DNA from: Haliotis rubra
Lineage: Eukaryota
Length of the DNA: 64,000 nucleotides
NCBI RefSeq assembly: GCF_003918875.1
Contig: NW_025766780.1
Coordinates: 3,348,001 to 3,412,000, forward strand
Direction of reading: 5' to 3'
Shown: piece after piece, positions 35,882 through 50,421 of the stretch
Numbering within the stretch: position 1 is the first letter of the stretch
Layout: each line of letters opens with the position of its first letter
Translations under genes and position numbers: made by a program
The notes under the pieces: model-generated
What the model was told of the DNA's origin: nothing
Database searches by the model: none
Seen by the model: the letters and a program-made list of their open reading frames with translations, nothing else

Positions 35882-38800
35882 ATGGACGTCAGCATGTTGA
35901 CTCTTAATGGAGTTTTGCTTGTGTTTTTGATCCTGACAGGTGAGTATATTTTTTGTGTGCGATGTGGCTATGCTGACGTTCGTGTTACCATTACGGCTTT
36001 GTTTCCATTCCCTTTAGCGTGGAACATACGGTATAGTGACTGTTTATGGTGAACAATATAACACAACAATCCTGATTAATGAACATACAAACCTTTCAGT
36101 TTTAAAAATTGACACTTGTGCTTGTGCAGCAGAAATGTATAGCATCATCAGTTCTATGAGAAAACGATTGCAATGTGATGCGTGTATTTTCAGTTGTTAA
36201 TGGAGACATTACATTCTCATCTTACTATGGCGACCACATGGTTCTACAGAGAGGTCCCAAGCATGCTATCATTACTGGACGGGCAACTACGATCGGCGAT
36301 ACTGTTACAGTAACAGTTGGTAACGGTGTTGCCAAGGGAAGCGGTAAAGTAACAACGGCATCAGATGGGAAAGGATTCTGGAAGGTCAAGTTGTCAGCAG
36401 TTTACCAAATAGGCCCCTTTGATGTGACTGTGAGATCTAGTGAAGGAAGCAAGAGTCTCCATGATGTGTTGTTTGGCGATGTCTGGGTGTGTTCTGGACA
36501 GAGCAACATGGAGTTTACAATGTATCAGGTAATTAATGTGTAATTAATGATATGCTGTAACTCTACATGCGATATATGCATGGACACAGTTGTAGTTCCA
36601 CACAAAGTATGCCCATGGAAAGGGTTATGGAATGCCTGTTGGAGTGCCCGGTGTGTTGCGCAACACTGTATCATGTGTTGACAACGTCTCCCATTGTTTT
36701 CTGACGCCCAGGGGAATGCCGTTTGACTGAACACATATTGCCTTATTGTCTCGATGGAATGTAAATCATGTCCATTACCACCTGGAGGAACCCGCGTGCT
36801 TGGTAATCCAAATCCTCCCGCCTGTTATTGAAGTATTTTTCTTTGTAGGTTCTGAATAATACATATGAAGTACAAAGTGGCTTGAAGTTCACTGACATAC
36901 GTCTATTCAAGGCTGAGCATGTGTCATCATCGACACCTCTTATGGATCTACAGAAGGTCAAGATACCGTGGACAACTCCAAACTCAAGTATATTTCAGTT
37001 CAGATCTCTTCAAAATAATGACATCAATAATGGATCACCACACCTTTGCTCCAAGTCACTGACATAAAATGTCCTGTCTGATTCTGTCCCATTTGGGATG
37101 TCTTTGTTCCTTGTCGCTACACGTGTGTTTATTTATTGTTTTCAATTTCCATGTTCATGTATCTGTTAGAGTTTGGTGAGGTCGTCTCCATACTAAATGT
37201 TAAATGTTACTTTTAAAAGAACCTTGATCCCATTCGCAACCATACATGTTTCGAATATATGAACAACATTCTTTAGTACCATCTTTGTGTTCACTACAAA
37301 TGGTGACGACATCGTAAACGCGATGTATGCTTGTTTTAAACATCTCCTGAGACTGTAACATCACATCTCAGCCTCCAAAGGATTCAACACAAGCAGGCAG
37401 GAAGATTGTGTTACCATGTAGTATTTCTGAGCACATGGAAATGAACCCACTGACATCTGGGTCACACTGTACCTGTGTAATATCTTTGTTGTTTAACGCC
37501 ACACTCAGCAATAATTCAGCTATAACGGAGGTGATTTCATAACCGATTCTGGAACTGACAAATGTGTGATAGATATTCAGGGTAACCTGCCACACTGTCA
37601 AGTACAATGCCATGCAATGAACCCGATTAGAGAGTCTGAGCTCACTTTGAATGAGTATGATACAATGAGCATTGATACATGGGCAGAATTTCAAACCCCC
37701 TATGCGGAGCAGTATCATGTATATTTGACTGATCAAATTTCTTTTGCAGAGGATCTGTACGGATTTTCAGCATTATGTTTCATGTTTGGAGAACGCATGT
37801 ACCCTCACCTGAACTATCCTATCGGGCTAGTGGAATCTGACTGGTGGGGCACAAGCATCGACTGGTGGTCGTCTCCGGAAGCGGTTGCGAAGTGTAACAA
37901 CCAGGGAAAACGAGCGTATGGTTTGCTTTTGCTCAGTTTCACTTTGAATTTATATACTGGCTGCAACGTTAAAACCAGATTCCCATTTACCATGCATCCT
38001 TAATCACTAACTGATTATTGCAGGGGTTTTAATCAGATTATCACTTCCCACGCATCATTAGATGATAACTGAACAGTGCAACTGTTCTAACCAGATGATC
38101 ATTTTACATGCCTCCTTACATAATAACTGAATATTACAATGGTTTTCACAAGATGATCACTTTACATGCCTCCTTACATATTAACTTAATATTACAATGG
38201 TTTTCACCAGATGATCACTTTACATGCCTCCTTACATATTAACTGAATATTACAATGGTTTTCACCAGATGATCACTTTACATGCCTTCTTACATATCAA
38301 CTGAATATTACAATTGTTTTCACCAGATGATCACTTTACATGCTAGCTTACATATTAACTAAATATTACAATGGTTTTCACCAGATGATCACTTTACATG
38401 ATTTCTTAAATATACTCTAAAATTACAATGTTTTTTAACCAGATTATCACTTTACATGCATCCTTAGATATTAACTGAATATTACAATGGTTCTCACCGG
38501 ATGATCACTTTACATGCCTCCTTACATATTAACTGAATATTACAATGGTTTTCACAAGATGATCACTTTACATGCCTCCTTACATATTAACTAAATATTA
38601 CAATGGTTTTCACAAGATGATCACTTTACATGCTAGCTTACATGTTAACTGAATATTACAATGGTTTTCACCAGATGATCACTTTACATGCCTCCTTACA
38701 TGTTAACTTAATATTACAATGGTTTTCACCAGATGATCACTTTACATGCATCCTTACATATTAACTTAATATTACAATGGTTTTCACCAGATGATCACTT

Positions 38801-41800
38801 TACATGCCTCCTTACATATTAACTGAATATTACAATGGTTTTCACAAGATGATCACTTTACATGCCTCCTTACATATTAACTAAATATTACAATGGTTTT
38901 CACCAGATGATGACTTTACATGCTAGCTTACATGTTAACTGAATATTACAATGGTTTTCACAAGATGATCACTTTACATGCTAGCTTACATGTTAACTGA
39001 ATATTACAATGGTTTTCACCAGATGATCAGTTTACATGACTTCTTAAATATAAACTAAAATTACAATGTTTTTTAATCAGATTATTACTTTACATGCATC
39101 CTTACATATTAACAGAATAGTACAATGGTTTTCACCGGATGATCACTTTACATTCATCCTTCGATATTAACTGAATATTACAATGGTTCTCACCGGATGA
39201 TCACTTTACATGCATCCTTACATATTAACTGAATATTACAATGGTTTTCACCGGATGATAACTTTACATGCATCCTTAGATATTAACAGAATAGTACAAT
39301 GGTTTTCACCGGATGATCACTTTATATGCATCCTTACATATTAACTAAATATTACAATGGTTTTCACAAGATGATCACTTTACATGCCTCCTTACATATT
39401 AACTGAATATTACAATGGTTTTCACAAGATGATCACTTTACATGCCTCCTTACATATTAACTAAATATTACAATGGTTTTCACAAGATGATCACTTTACA
39501 TGCCTCCTTACATATTAACTGAATATTACAATGGTTTTCACAAGATGATCACTTTACATGCTAGCTTACATATTAACTGAATATTACAATGGTTTTCACC
39601 AGATGATCACTTTACATGCATCCTTACATTAACTGAATATTACAATGGTTTTCACCGGATGATCACTTTACATGCATCCTTAGATATTAACTGAATATTA
39701 CAATGGTTTTCACCGGATGATCACTTTACATGCATCCTTACATATTAACTAAATATTACAATGGTTTTCACAAGATGATCACTTTACATGCCTCCTTACA
39801 TATTAACTGAATATTACAATGGCTTTCACAAGATGATCACTTTACATGCCTCCTTACATATTAACTAAATATTACAATGGTTTTCACAAGATGATCACTT
39901 TACATGCCTCCTTACATATTAACTAAATATTACAATGGCTTTCACCAGATGATCACTTTACATGCCTCCTTACATATTAACTGAATATTACAATGGTTTT
40001 CACAAGATGATCACTTTACATGCCTCCTTACATATTAACTAAATATTACAATGGTTTTCACAAGATGATCACTTTACATGCTAGCTTACATGTTAACTGA
40101 ATATTACAATGGTTTTCACCAGATGATCACTTTACATGCCTCCTTACATATTAACTAAATATTACAATGGTTTTCACAATCCTTCGATATTAACTGAATA
40201 TTACAATGGTTCTAACCAGATGATCACTTTACATGCATCCTTACAAATTAACTGAATATTACAATTGTTTTCACCGGATGAACACTTTACATTCATCCTT
40301 AGATATTGACTGAATGTTGCAATCGTTTCAACCAGGCGATCACTTTACATGGATCCTTAGATGTTAACTGAATTGTTTTAATATTGCAGATCTCCACAGA
40401 ACTTTGAATTGTGGAATGCTATGATCAGCCCACTGCTCCCACTGTCCATTTATGGCGTTCTTTGGTATCAAGGTTAGTAATGTTTGGTTTATCGGATCTC
40501 ACGTTCAGACTAAAGAGTAAAATATCGCGATTACATTAAAGTTAGTGTATAAATTGTCATTATGGTTCCAGGTGAAAATGACGTCGGTCATGCAAGTAGA
40601 TATGCATGCAGTTTCCCAACAATGATCGAAGACTGGAGAAAACACTGGCACCAAGAATCACTGGGTGAAACGGACGTTGATTTTCCATTTGGATTTGTGC
40701 AGGTACTGTTATAGGTACAGAATTAGGCTCTCCAATTAACCCTTTATAGACATCAAGTAATGAAGGTGATATTATGTACAGAGCTAAAGTATTTTGAGAT
40801 AATATTTTGTAGACTCTCAACATGTACATGTACAGTAATTTATAATCCAAAACTGTGTTCCACAGGAGATATTGTTTGTGTGAGATCAAACGATACTTCC
40901 TAGGAGATATCGTTTTGACAGCAGATTTTGTACAATGCCCTGACACTGCAATGACGTCATGAACTTGATGACGTACAATTCTATGATATCCCTGCACTGC
41001 AACTCAAATGGCAGTACCGTGTTCAGAGATGTACATTGTTTCATTGAAAACTAACGAAGAGTCATTTTGGATCATAAATAGAATCTCATCCTCGTGTCTT
41101 CTGATATCAAATATATCAACACTCGGATATTTGTAACTTTATTTACTCGTGTTGATATAATTGTTATCAGATGACACTTGGGTGAGATTCTCTATGGTAT
41201 GTACATGTCTACAGCTCGCCGCATACAGAAATGACAGCAGCATTCGCGGAGGCTGGCCTGACACCCGCCTGGCTCAGACAGCCAACTATGGCTATGTGCC
41301 TAACCCGAAGATGAAGAACGTATTTATGGCCGTGTCCTTGGACTTACCTGACTTTTCATCACCTTCGGGAGCGTAAGTTGGAATTTGCAAAGTCCCTTGT
41401 TAAGGTCACAAATAGATAACTGCCAACTATGTAACTCTCTGACGAGTAAAGTGCTAGATTGGTTTCTCTGTCGTAAATAACACCGTGATAGATATGGATA
41501 TAAAATTTTATAATATATGTTAAAGGAGGAATGTTCCCCACGACCTGGTATCCATAGACAGGGATGACCCTTACTTTGTCTCAGAGTCATATGTTTGATT
41601 AGTATAGGTCATGAAATTTGAGTTTGAAGAAATACAATTGGGTTTTTAATGACTTTAACAAAATTCACCAGGACTTACAACTGGAAGGATCGTTATCACC
41701 CTTTAAGCATTATCTAAGCATCTTCGCCTCGAGGAGCATTGCCGAACAATTTCTACCACTGATGGCCTATCGCAAAATGTTTTTGCCACCTTATGATTCC

Positions 41801-42560
41801 TATTATGTCAAAGCTTTTGATATAAACGGATTTGTTTGATCATTAATAATATCCACGATCTACGTGCTATGATGACTCCGTATATAGGTATCACATATTC
41901 ACTTAAAATAGCCAGTAAGTAAGTGTTTTTTAATACAAGCACTGACTTAATTGGGTTTTAAGGATTTTGTCATATTTTGTAGAGTTCATCCTCGTTACAA
42001 GCAGGACATGGCCTCCCGTTTGATTCTGCCAGCACTTGCTGTGGCCTACCACGAGACCGGACTAGAGTATGAAGGACCCTTCCCATCTTCATATAAAGTT
42101 GACAATGTAGCCGAAACACTCACTATTGAGTTCAACAATGGGAAGACACCGATTGAAGTTAGGAACAACACTGGTTACGAGGTACCGTATTAGTGGTAGC
42201 AGTTCGTTTGAACTGTTACAGATATTGACTCAACACATAATTATATCTGCACAAATGCATTCCTAGTTCATCTAGGTTTATGTGACCATGTGCCTAAATG
42301 GTTATACTGTTCTTTTGTCAAAGGTATGTTGTTCTGGACACAAGACCTGTGAGTCCCAAGACGTCTGGGCAGCTGCTCCCATAGTAGAGCACCACACCGC
42401 GTCAGTTACGTTGTCCACCGCCGGCTGCATCAACAACCTCAACCCTGTCGGTGTCCGATACCTCTGGTGGGAGAGTCCATGTCCATTAAGGTCTTGCGCT
42501 GTGTATGGCAGGGACAACGATCTTCCTGCACCACCGTTCAAAAAAACTGACGGGTTTTAG
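35882..42560 (+). CDS. SIAE: Sialate O-acetylesterase-like SGNH hydrolase, secreted, 9 exons, 501 aa
   Basis: Exons 35882-35939, 36194-36528, 36849-36987, 37750-37915, 40390-40472, 40572-40702, 41215-41372, 41983-42181, 42324-42560. All are GT-AG, in phase, 1506 nt. Motifs YGDHMVLQR, GDVWVCSGQSNM, LWNAMISPL, WYQGEND, FPFGFVQLA, VHPRYKQ, LPAPPF. AATAAA near 42590. Confidence 0.93.
38020..40375. repeat. Intronic minisatellite, 58-bp unit, ~40 copies, in SIAE intron 4
   Basis: Unit GATGATCACTTTACATGCCTCCTTACATATTAACTGAATATTACAATGGTTTTCACCA, running into the exon-5 acceptor. Confidence 0.95.
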
Positions 42561-42872
42561 GGACTGATGTAAAAATAGTCTCTTAAAAGAATAAACAAAA
42601 ACCATGAAGCGTTTGTTTTCCAAGAATAGCTGCTTCATGGTCACTCTTGTTCGTAAACAAATAACCACAAGTGACATTACTGTAAAGGTACTGGCCCAGG
42701 TAGAGGCTTATGATTATGTCTTGTCACAAGTACTGCATGAAGAGAAATATTACTTTTTACATATGAAAACATTAACAAACAAAAGGCAAATTCTGAATGA
42801 TTTAATACTCTTTCGGCTATGGACATGATGACATATGCCTTCATAACACACTTTATGAACGCGAACATCCAA

Positions 42873-45249
42873 TCAGTGTTCGGGGACAGACCTGCAACAA
42901 ACCAAACATAACTTACACTGTACAAACACTTACTCGAACAGCTGATTCAGTCGAATCCTTATTGAAAGCTTCATCACATCCTCAAGGTAGTCGCTTTAGA
43001 CCGTACCTGAATGATGATGATAAAAACAAACTATCATTGTTTGACCTTCTGATCATAACATATATGCTTTGGAAACATAGCTTTCAACTTACTACTTGTA
43101 CGTTTATACGTAAGTTCCAGACATTGACTCGCACACAGTGTAACTTAGGGTTAGACGCTTCGTGCATACTTACGGTCTTTCACAAAGGTAGAGGCGTTTG
43201 TTAGAACACGCCAAGTCAGCCCATTTAAATGAACGACTGGAATACATGATAACACAGTCTTCTTGATGACCATCTGATTGGTTAGGTTCTCCAGATGCCC
43301 ACGCTGTGTAGGTTACCGGCTTCTGGTTGCTGTCCCAGATCCACGCTCCTTCCTTGTGTCGATCGTTAACCCCAATCCACACGCTCTCGTTGACTGGAGC
43401 AGTCATAAGATTACATGAAACCATTTGTTTGTTTGATTGAATGGGTGCCAAGCGCACACTAATTCATAGTTCAGTTATATTCTGAAAGCATATATATATA
43501 TTTGAATCTGGACTCAACAAGCCGGTGATTGATATTGACTCCCCTAAGAAGAGCAGCCTAGCCACCATATCTAGTGACCTGCCTTATCCATTAGCCTGTT
43601 CTTTTAACAATGATGTGTGGCTGGACATCTATCCTAACCCAGAACCTGCCTTTATATATGTTCAGGGTAAAACATGGGTCTCTTTGCTATCAATAACGTG
43701 CGACTTTATTAATAATTCGGTCGGACCTTTGCCAACTATCTTAAGTTTTGCGCTATGTTGAACCGCTCTTTTTGATAGGTATAGTGCAAGGATCCCAAGT
43801 ACACAAGTAAACACACATCTCCCTACACAGTTCGCATATTTATATGCTGGTCAATATTACTTGATGGTATTTATTTTTTCCCCTGCCACGAAACAAATAG
43901 TACAGATAATATACCTCTTAGGTAGTGTAGAAAGTCTCTGGCGTTGGTATTTTTGGCCTTGGTATCCAGTGTTGCGAGATGAGAACCAAACTCTGTGCAA
44001 AATTGCTGGAATATATAAATCTCCAAAATGGCGAAACACTTGGAATGTGCATTAAGTCATACAAACCTACATCATGATCAAATTATACCAAATTAAAGAT
44101 TAATTCCATACAATGTCAATGGTTGTGACAACCGCAACGCGCACTTTATCTTCTTTCTGAATAGTATAGATGATATGATAACAGTGTTTCATCAAGAAAT
44201 CAAAGTTTGACTGACTTACTGAGTTTGGTTTTACGCCGCTTTTAGCAATATTCCAGTAACACCACGGCGGGGGACACCAGAAATGGGCTTCACACATTGT
44301 ACCCATGTGGGGATGCTTACCCGGGTCTTCGGCGTGACGAGCCAACGCTTTAACCACTAGGCTACCCCACCGATCCTTATCAAAGTTTGAAGATTTGCCG
44401 TGAGACTGGTGGAATATTGCTTAAAACGGCATAAAAATCAGATGAACTCACTCACACACACACCGAGACACACACACTCCACTTTGTTACATGTTACATT
44501 GTAAGAACCTGCTCTGTAAATGCAAAAGGCCAGAATGTCTTATAGCAAATGACACACCATGTATATTTTGATGCGTGTCCATGTTGAGTATACAAAGTAT
44601 TTTAAATGCCACTGTTGAGCATACGTGGGGTAATGTACTTGTTTATGTTATTGGTACGTGAGATGGAGATATTTATCATCATTCAACCTGTCTGTGTAGA
44701 ATCCTTAAAGGACACTGACCTGTGCTTCATGCCAGGAATTCTTGTTGGTAAACACGGAGTAACAAGAATCGTCATACTTCGTCCAACCATTTGGACACAC
44801 ACCTATAAGTGAACTGAGTTTGAACAAAGCTTTCAGTATTATTTCAGTCTTATCTTAAGTTGAATTCTCAACATGAAGAGATTCTCTGATCCATAATCGA
44901 TGACTTACAGACCGCCATCATATACCGGAATATTTGATAAACAACAACGTGAAGCAGCTAGACGATGTTCACTGGGGTTAGTCTTGAAGGACCTTAAATC
45001 ATCACCGTGTTTCATCTCTCGTTCGGGTATAGTGACCACTAAAGGTTTGACCACTGAACGTTTTGAAGACGCAACTCAGCACAATTAACTATGGAATATT
45101 CCTGTTCTTTGGAAAAGCAGCGAAATCCATTCCTCCGAATAAAGAATACCTGCAAATGATCATGGTATTGCCATATGAAACATACCTTCGGTCACAAGTG
45201 TTACACTTGCAAGTACAAGGAAGGCCCCCAATGCAACAGTGAACGACAT
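42873..45249 (-). CDS. Secreted single-domain C-type lectin A (perlucin-like), EPN/WAD
   Basis: Exons 45186-45249 (signal MSFTVALGAFLVLASVTLVTE), 44720-44802 (CPNGW..SCY..SWHEAQ), 43915-44005 (FCTEFGSHLATL), 43174-43393 (WIGVND..GEPN..EDC..WADLAC..YLCE), 42873-42891. All in phase. Confidence 0.88.
44215..44372 (-). mobile_element. tRNA-derived SINE in lectin A intron
   Basis: Same family as 5135-5290. Confidence 0.8.
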
Positions 45250-45708
45250 TCCGAGGGAAGACAAAGATTAACCTGATCTATTATCTATGACATTGTTTAT
45301 GTATGTATGAAAGGCGGGCTTCGCCTATCAAGTACACAAGCCCTAACATATGTTCTACCATTGCTATCGATAACTCAGTAGAACAGCTTATCACCAGCGA
45401 GGAAACCTATTTCAACATGAAGAATTCCCGACACCAATCACTGTCAGGGTCACATCACACACGCTTCTTTCACATGTCTATCTATCTCTGTAGGGTTACT
45501 GGTACATAATAACATATGCGTTTCCTAACCATATTTATTCCAAAATGTGGGTGTTATGACGTATTTGAGAACCTCTGTCGAGTGGTCGAAGCAGAACGTC
45601 CGATTTTACGCCATCACTTTTCATTTTCAAAGCGTTCTTATACACGACACATTTTGCAGCTTGGTTGACGAGTGAATGATGTAACGAGTTGTTGACCATA
45701 TTGTAATA

Positions 45709-46428
45709 TACTGAAACGCAAAAGAAATTTCAAAACCAAATGCAATTTTTTCTTCTTACAAGGTGGTGTTTTCATTGTGATTGTAACATTTGGTTAACGT
45801 GCACGGAGGAAACCTCTGCTGTCACAGACCATATCGTGGTCCTGTCCTCACCGCGCCCAAACCGACTGCAATGGGCAACTCAGCATCGAAATTGGCGTTA
45901 TCGACGATGGAGAACTGTGCTTTTTTTTGATGAAAGCCGATATTGTGTTTCGACAGCCGTTGGCAGAGTGAGAGTATTGTGAAGGCGTGGTATGAGTGTC
46001 CAATGAGTGTATTGTTGAAAGAGGCTCCTGGGGTGGTCCAAGCATCATGTTTTGGGGTGCAATCGGTCTGAACCAGAGAGTTGGCACCGTGGTGTTTTAG
46101 AATCTCGGTCCAGGACGAGGAAATGGCGTGACAGCTGCTTGCCATATTGACCAAGTCATAAGACGTTGTACCACATTTTGGACGTCACGGAAATCACATC
46201 TGCAACGCTGTCCATGGAGGCCACACACGACACTGGTTTTGAGGTATCCTAATGATACCATTTTTGGTGATTTTGTTTGTGTGAACTCTAAATGTGATTC
46301 CCGAAAATATGTTAACGATAAATTGTCAAGTTTGAACTCAATCCTCCGTTTTGATTGTTAATAAGGGCGAATAAAGTGTGTGCTTTAAGAAACATCTATC
46401 GGTGTAGCGTTTCTTTTGCGGTTTAGTA
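45709..46428 (+). mobile_element. Internally deleted Tc1 element
   Basis: TIRs TACTGAAACGCAAAAGAAA / TTTCTTTTGCGGTTTAGTA flanked by TA. Remnant WRTVLFFDESRY and GGHT. Confidence 0.8.
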
Positions 46429-47449
46429 TATATTCTGATATTTTTTATTTATGTTTAATGTACTAAAACAGTATGACACGACCTATTCTTTAAGTATTGT
46501 GGCTTTTATTACATAGCTTCAGTGGCGTATTACGTCACTAATTTCCCATCACTAAATCAAAGGTGTAAGTCAGGGAATAGAACACATGGTGACCCCGTGA
46601 TTTGACCTTTGCGTACTGTTGAACTGAGGCAACAACCGGTATTTATCTATTTTTTAAGGTTCGTTGACGCCGTTGTCTTTGCCTTGCGAGAGGTTTAAGA
46701 ACGTCCAACATCTTGAGCTGTCCTGAAACTCTTTCTAATATCACAACGCACAGGCAACACAAGGGATATTCATGTTCTTTGGTTTGTTCTTGTCCAATGT
46801 CAATACATGTGAAAAAGTCGGTGACACATTTTTTTAATTTTAGGAAGTGGATATTTACTTTTTCAAACCATAATATCTTATCAAATGATAGAACATCAAT
46901 GATAACATATTTTACCCTTAGAAGAGGCCGAGAATGTATTCGTAAATCATTTTTAGAAAAGCTTTACATATGCAATGGAGCGATATATGACGATAATCAC
47001 ATGTGAAAAACTGACGTTAATACAACGCGTAGTTGTAAAGATTAACCTCTGTTTACCCCAGTGTAGATTTCCTCGTTGCTTTCATGTTTGACGTATTAAT
47101 GAGCAATACGCAATGTTAGTCAGTAGTTTTATAACGATTCTGCCACATTTGTGACAAAGTCGGTACCAGGGATAATGTTATGCAGAGGATCACCCAAACA
47201 GCCATTGACAGTAGTAAAAATAGTAGTGGATATTCCATTCTGGGATGACATCTTTTGAGAATCATGTTGTATGATTGTATACGGATTTAGAAAATGATTA
47301 TTTCATTCAGAATGTGTTATGAATTTCGTACAAACTTTTTCTCGTGAACATGGTCGGGGTAAAAAGTTCCTGTAAAACCTATTCGTGTGTTGCTGTTGTT
47401 GCTGCACATTTCAGTGTTCTGATATTGATTTAAATTCATATAATCGTTG

Positions 47450-48240
47450 TATCATGTGCGGCGTCGGTCACCTCAGAAACGGCTACGTGCAATTTGAATG
47501 CTGGAACAAGAGCTCCTTACCTTTCACAGTCAGAAATTAACAGTCACGATATTGATATACCAATAGCGCTGTTGATAGACGTCGAGCTGGCCGATAAGGG
47601 CGGCATCTGACGCATCATTTCCTGCGAACGTGTCAAAGTGCATCTGAACATAGTTACAGATGTGAGAGTGAGTAGGGCTTCACCAATGTAACCTTCATGC
47701 CCGACGTCCACGTGGTATCCCACGCCTGACGGACCGTCACATCACTGTAAGAAGTTGGTGGTGCCAAGAGCAAGAGCGGGAGTGCTTGTCCAATCGTCGT
47801 TGAGCGAAGTTTGTTTTGGACAGGCCGAATAGGGTGTGTCGTTTGGCGTTTTCATGCTATTAATGTTAGAACGAACGATCGTTTCGGTAATGGCCTGGGA
47901 TCACTGTGACTAGCAGAACATGTTACCCACGGACTTGTCACTGAGAGTACTTCCGGGGTAACATCAGGATGGCAACGCAAAGCACTCGGGCTAGAAACCT
48001 TACAGGAGCAACAGGAGAACATAACCACCTAACCATTGCCAGGTCCCAGTCCAGACAATGTTACAATATGGAATATGTCTGGGATATTCCTGGACCACTG
48101 TCTACAGCCACCGACCACGACCTTAAACGAATCTGTCACTGCGCTACAAGAAGAGTGAAATGGAATAAACCAAGTTGACACTCGAGGTATTCATTGAATC
48201 CGGGATTACCTTGAAAATAGAGGCGAATTCTTGCGATATT
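47450..48240 (+). mobile_element. Highly decayed Tc1-like transposase remnant
   Basis: Scattered motif-like pieces (SPD..MEYVWD..). Confidence 0.4.
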
Positions 48241-48769
48241 AATGAGTTTGACTTTTGATGGTAAATGACGTGATGGACAGTAGGACGCTTTGGCAAAACT
48301 ATGGTCATCTAGAGTTCAACGACTACTGCAGATCTCAATCAGCTGTCCTAAACTGTGTGTCTCATTAAATATATAAAATATCAATAGTTAGGACATCTTT
48401 TTATGGAAAACCCCCAACCTTATAAATAGTAAAATATAAGCAGATTATCATCCGAACTTCCTCATAATTACAATATAAGCAGATGATCATCCGGTCTTCC
48501 TCAGAATTACAATGTAAGGAGATGATCATCCGACCTTCTTCAGAATTACAATATAAGGAGGCTAACCAAAATGGGCTCGTAACGATATAATCGGGACCTA
48601 TAGTTACGTGTTTGGTTTCTTTACTTTCATATGTGGATGGTGTGATTGCTATACGATATAGTAACTGATGATTTCATCCCATTTATTCGTTACAGATGAC
48701 AAAGACATCGATTCTCTTTAGGCAGGAATGCGGTGCTGGCGATATGTAGCCTGCCGATAGAACATTAAG

Positions 48770-50386
48770 TTAGAGGGCGGCTTCGGATCTGAAAGAAAGG
48801 CGTAAATTGTTAATACATTTTGTAATTGTGTAACTTTGCATTTTGAAAGTTTAACTTAAAATGCACATAACATATCACTTATTAACACAATTATCATGTA
48901 TGGTGCCTATCAAGGTGTACGTGTATTATGTAACTGTGAAATGAAACAAGGTAAGACTCTTTGACTATTCATATAAGTGAGTGAGTGAGTGAGTTAAAAT
49001 TTGACATCGCATCGGCAATATTACAGCCATATAGCGATGAAAACAAGGTAATCAATTTAAAATATCTGTCGACAAAGGACAGTAAAACTAACTAGACTAT
49101 CACAGATATATATTTAAAACTAGTAATGAAATCTAAAATACTTTAACTATAGAGGACGATACAATATAAACACAGGCTATAGATCGCCAACAACTGGAGG
49201 TAGATCACCATACTAGGGACCATGGGGACTTACAGTACCTTTGCTACCTGCATGGACCCTAGCTGGATTTACATCATCCCTTCTGCCGCTGGCATTCATA
49301 TAAGCAGTATCAAATAGCCCATGAAGTTGTGAGGGTAACGCGTTCAAATACCTTCGTTCGCATATGTAGTCAAATTTGTTTGAGCAGACGGTGTCGTGCC
49401 ACGTGAACTTGGTGGGTTCATAAAGCTCCAGACAATTTTGACTGCCTCCGTCCGGTTGACCAGGGTGCCAGTCAGTGTTTGTGAAGCTGGCCTGGTCAAT
49501 GTCCCACACCCACAGCCCTTCTGTCCTTAGGTCGCTAGCGCCGACCCAGACGTTATCTTTTTCTACATGGAACAAAAACAGATTCATTATACGTCATTAT
49601 TCCTGTTATACCGTCTACAAAATATACATTCGACCCGTGAGGATCCCAATGTAGATCGATGCCCATAATGTTGATCACTGGATTGTCTGCTCCAGACTCG
49701 ATTATTTACAGATCGCCGTCATATAGCTGGCATATTGCTGAGTGCGGCGTTAAACATTCAGATATGGTACAAATTTAATGTTGTGACACATTTATTTCCG
49801 TATTTGTGATAACCTGCTCATCATTTAAATCATTACATACATATATTTCATTATTATACCATTGACGAGGTCATACAGTAACAGGAGCCTCTATTTAAGA
49901 CAAGTTGTTTAGCTTACGGTTTACATAATTGAGAAAGGCTTTTATGTTCGTCACTTTACGAGTTGTGTTGAGTGTTGCAAGATGTCCCCCGAATTCACGG
50001 CAGTAACTCTGAAATTAGATGGAAATATTCAGCCATGTTGTCATCTCCAACAAAGAATTGTTTGTTCGTCTTATACTAAAATATTGATATGACGTCGGTC
50101 TGCAAAATGGCGAGTCAAACCAGTGGTTGATACCATGAACAACCTCGGATACAATGCCACGTACTAAACCGCACTAAAAACTTCATTGAGAACCATTCTA
50201 ACCTCGGATCCCTGCTAGAACCGCGAAGAAAGACTGAACTTTCAATATATCTTAACTTTAGTCAACTATTTCACCTTTACCTCGATCATTTATTGTAATG
50301 GAGACTACTTCAATAAAGTTTGGTCAAACTGACATGCTCTATTCTCTTGAATATATTGTTATGCAAAACCGTGTAAATGCTAATGA

Positions 50387-50421
<35 letters not shown>

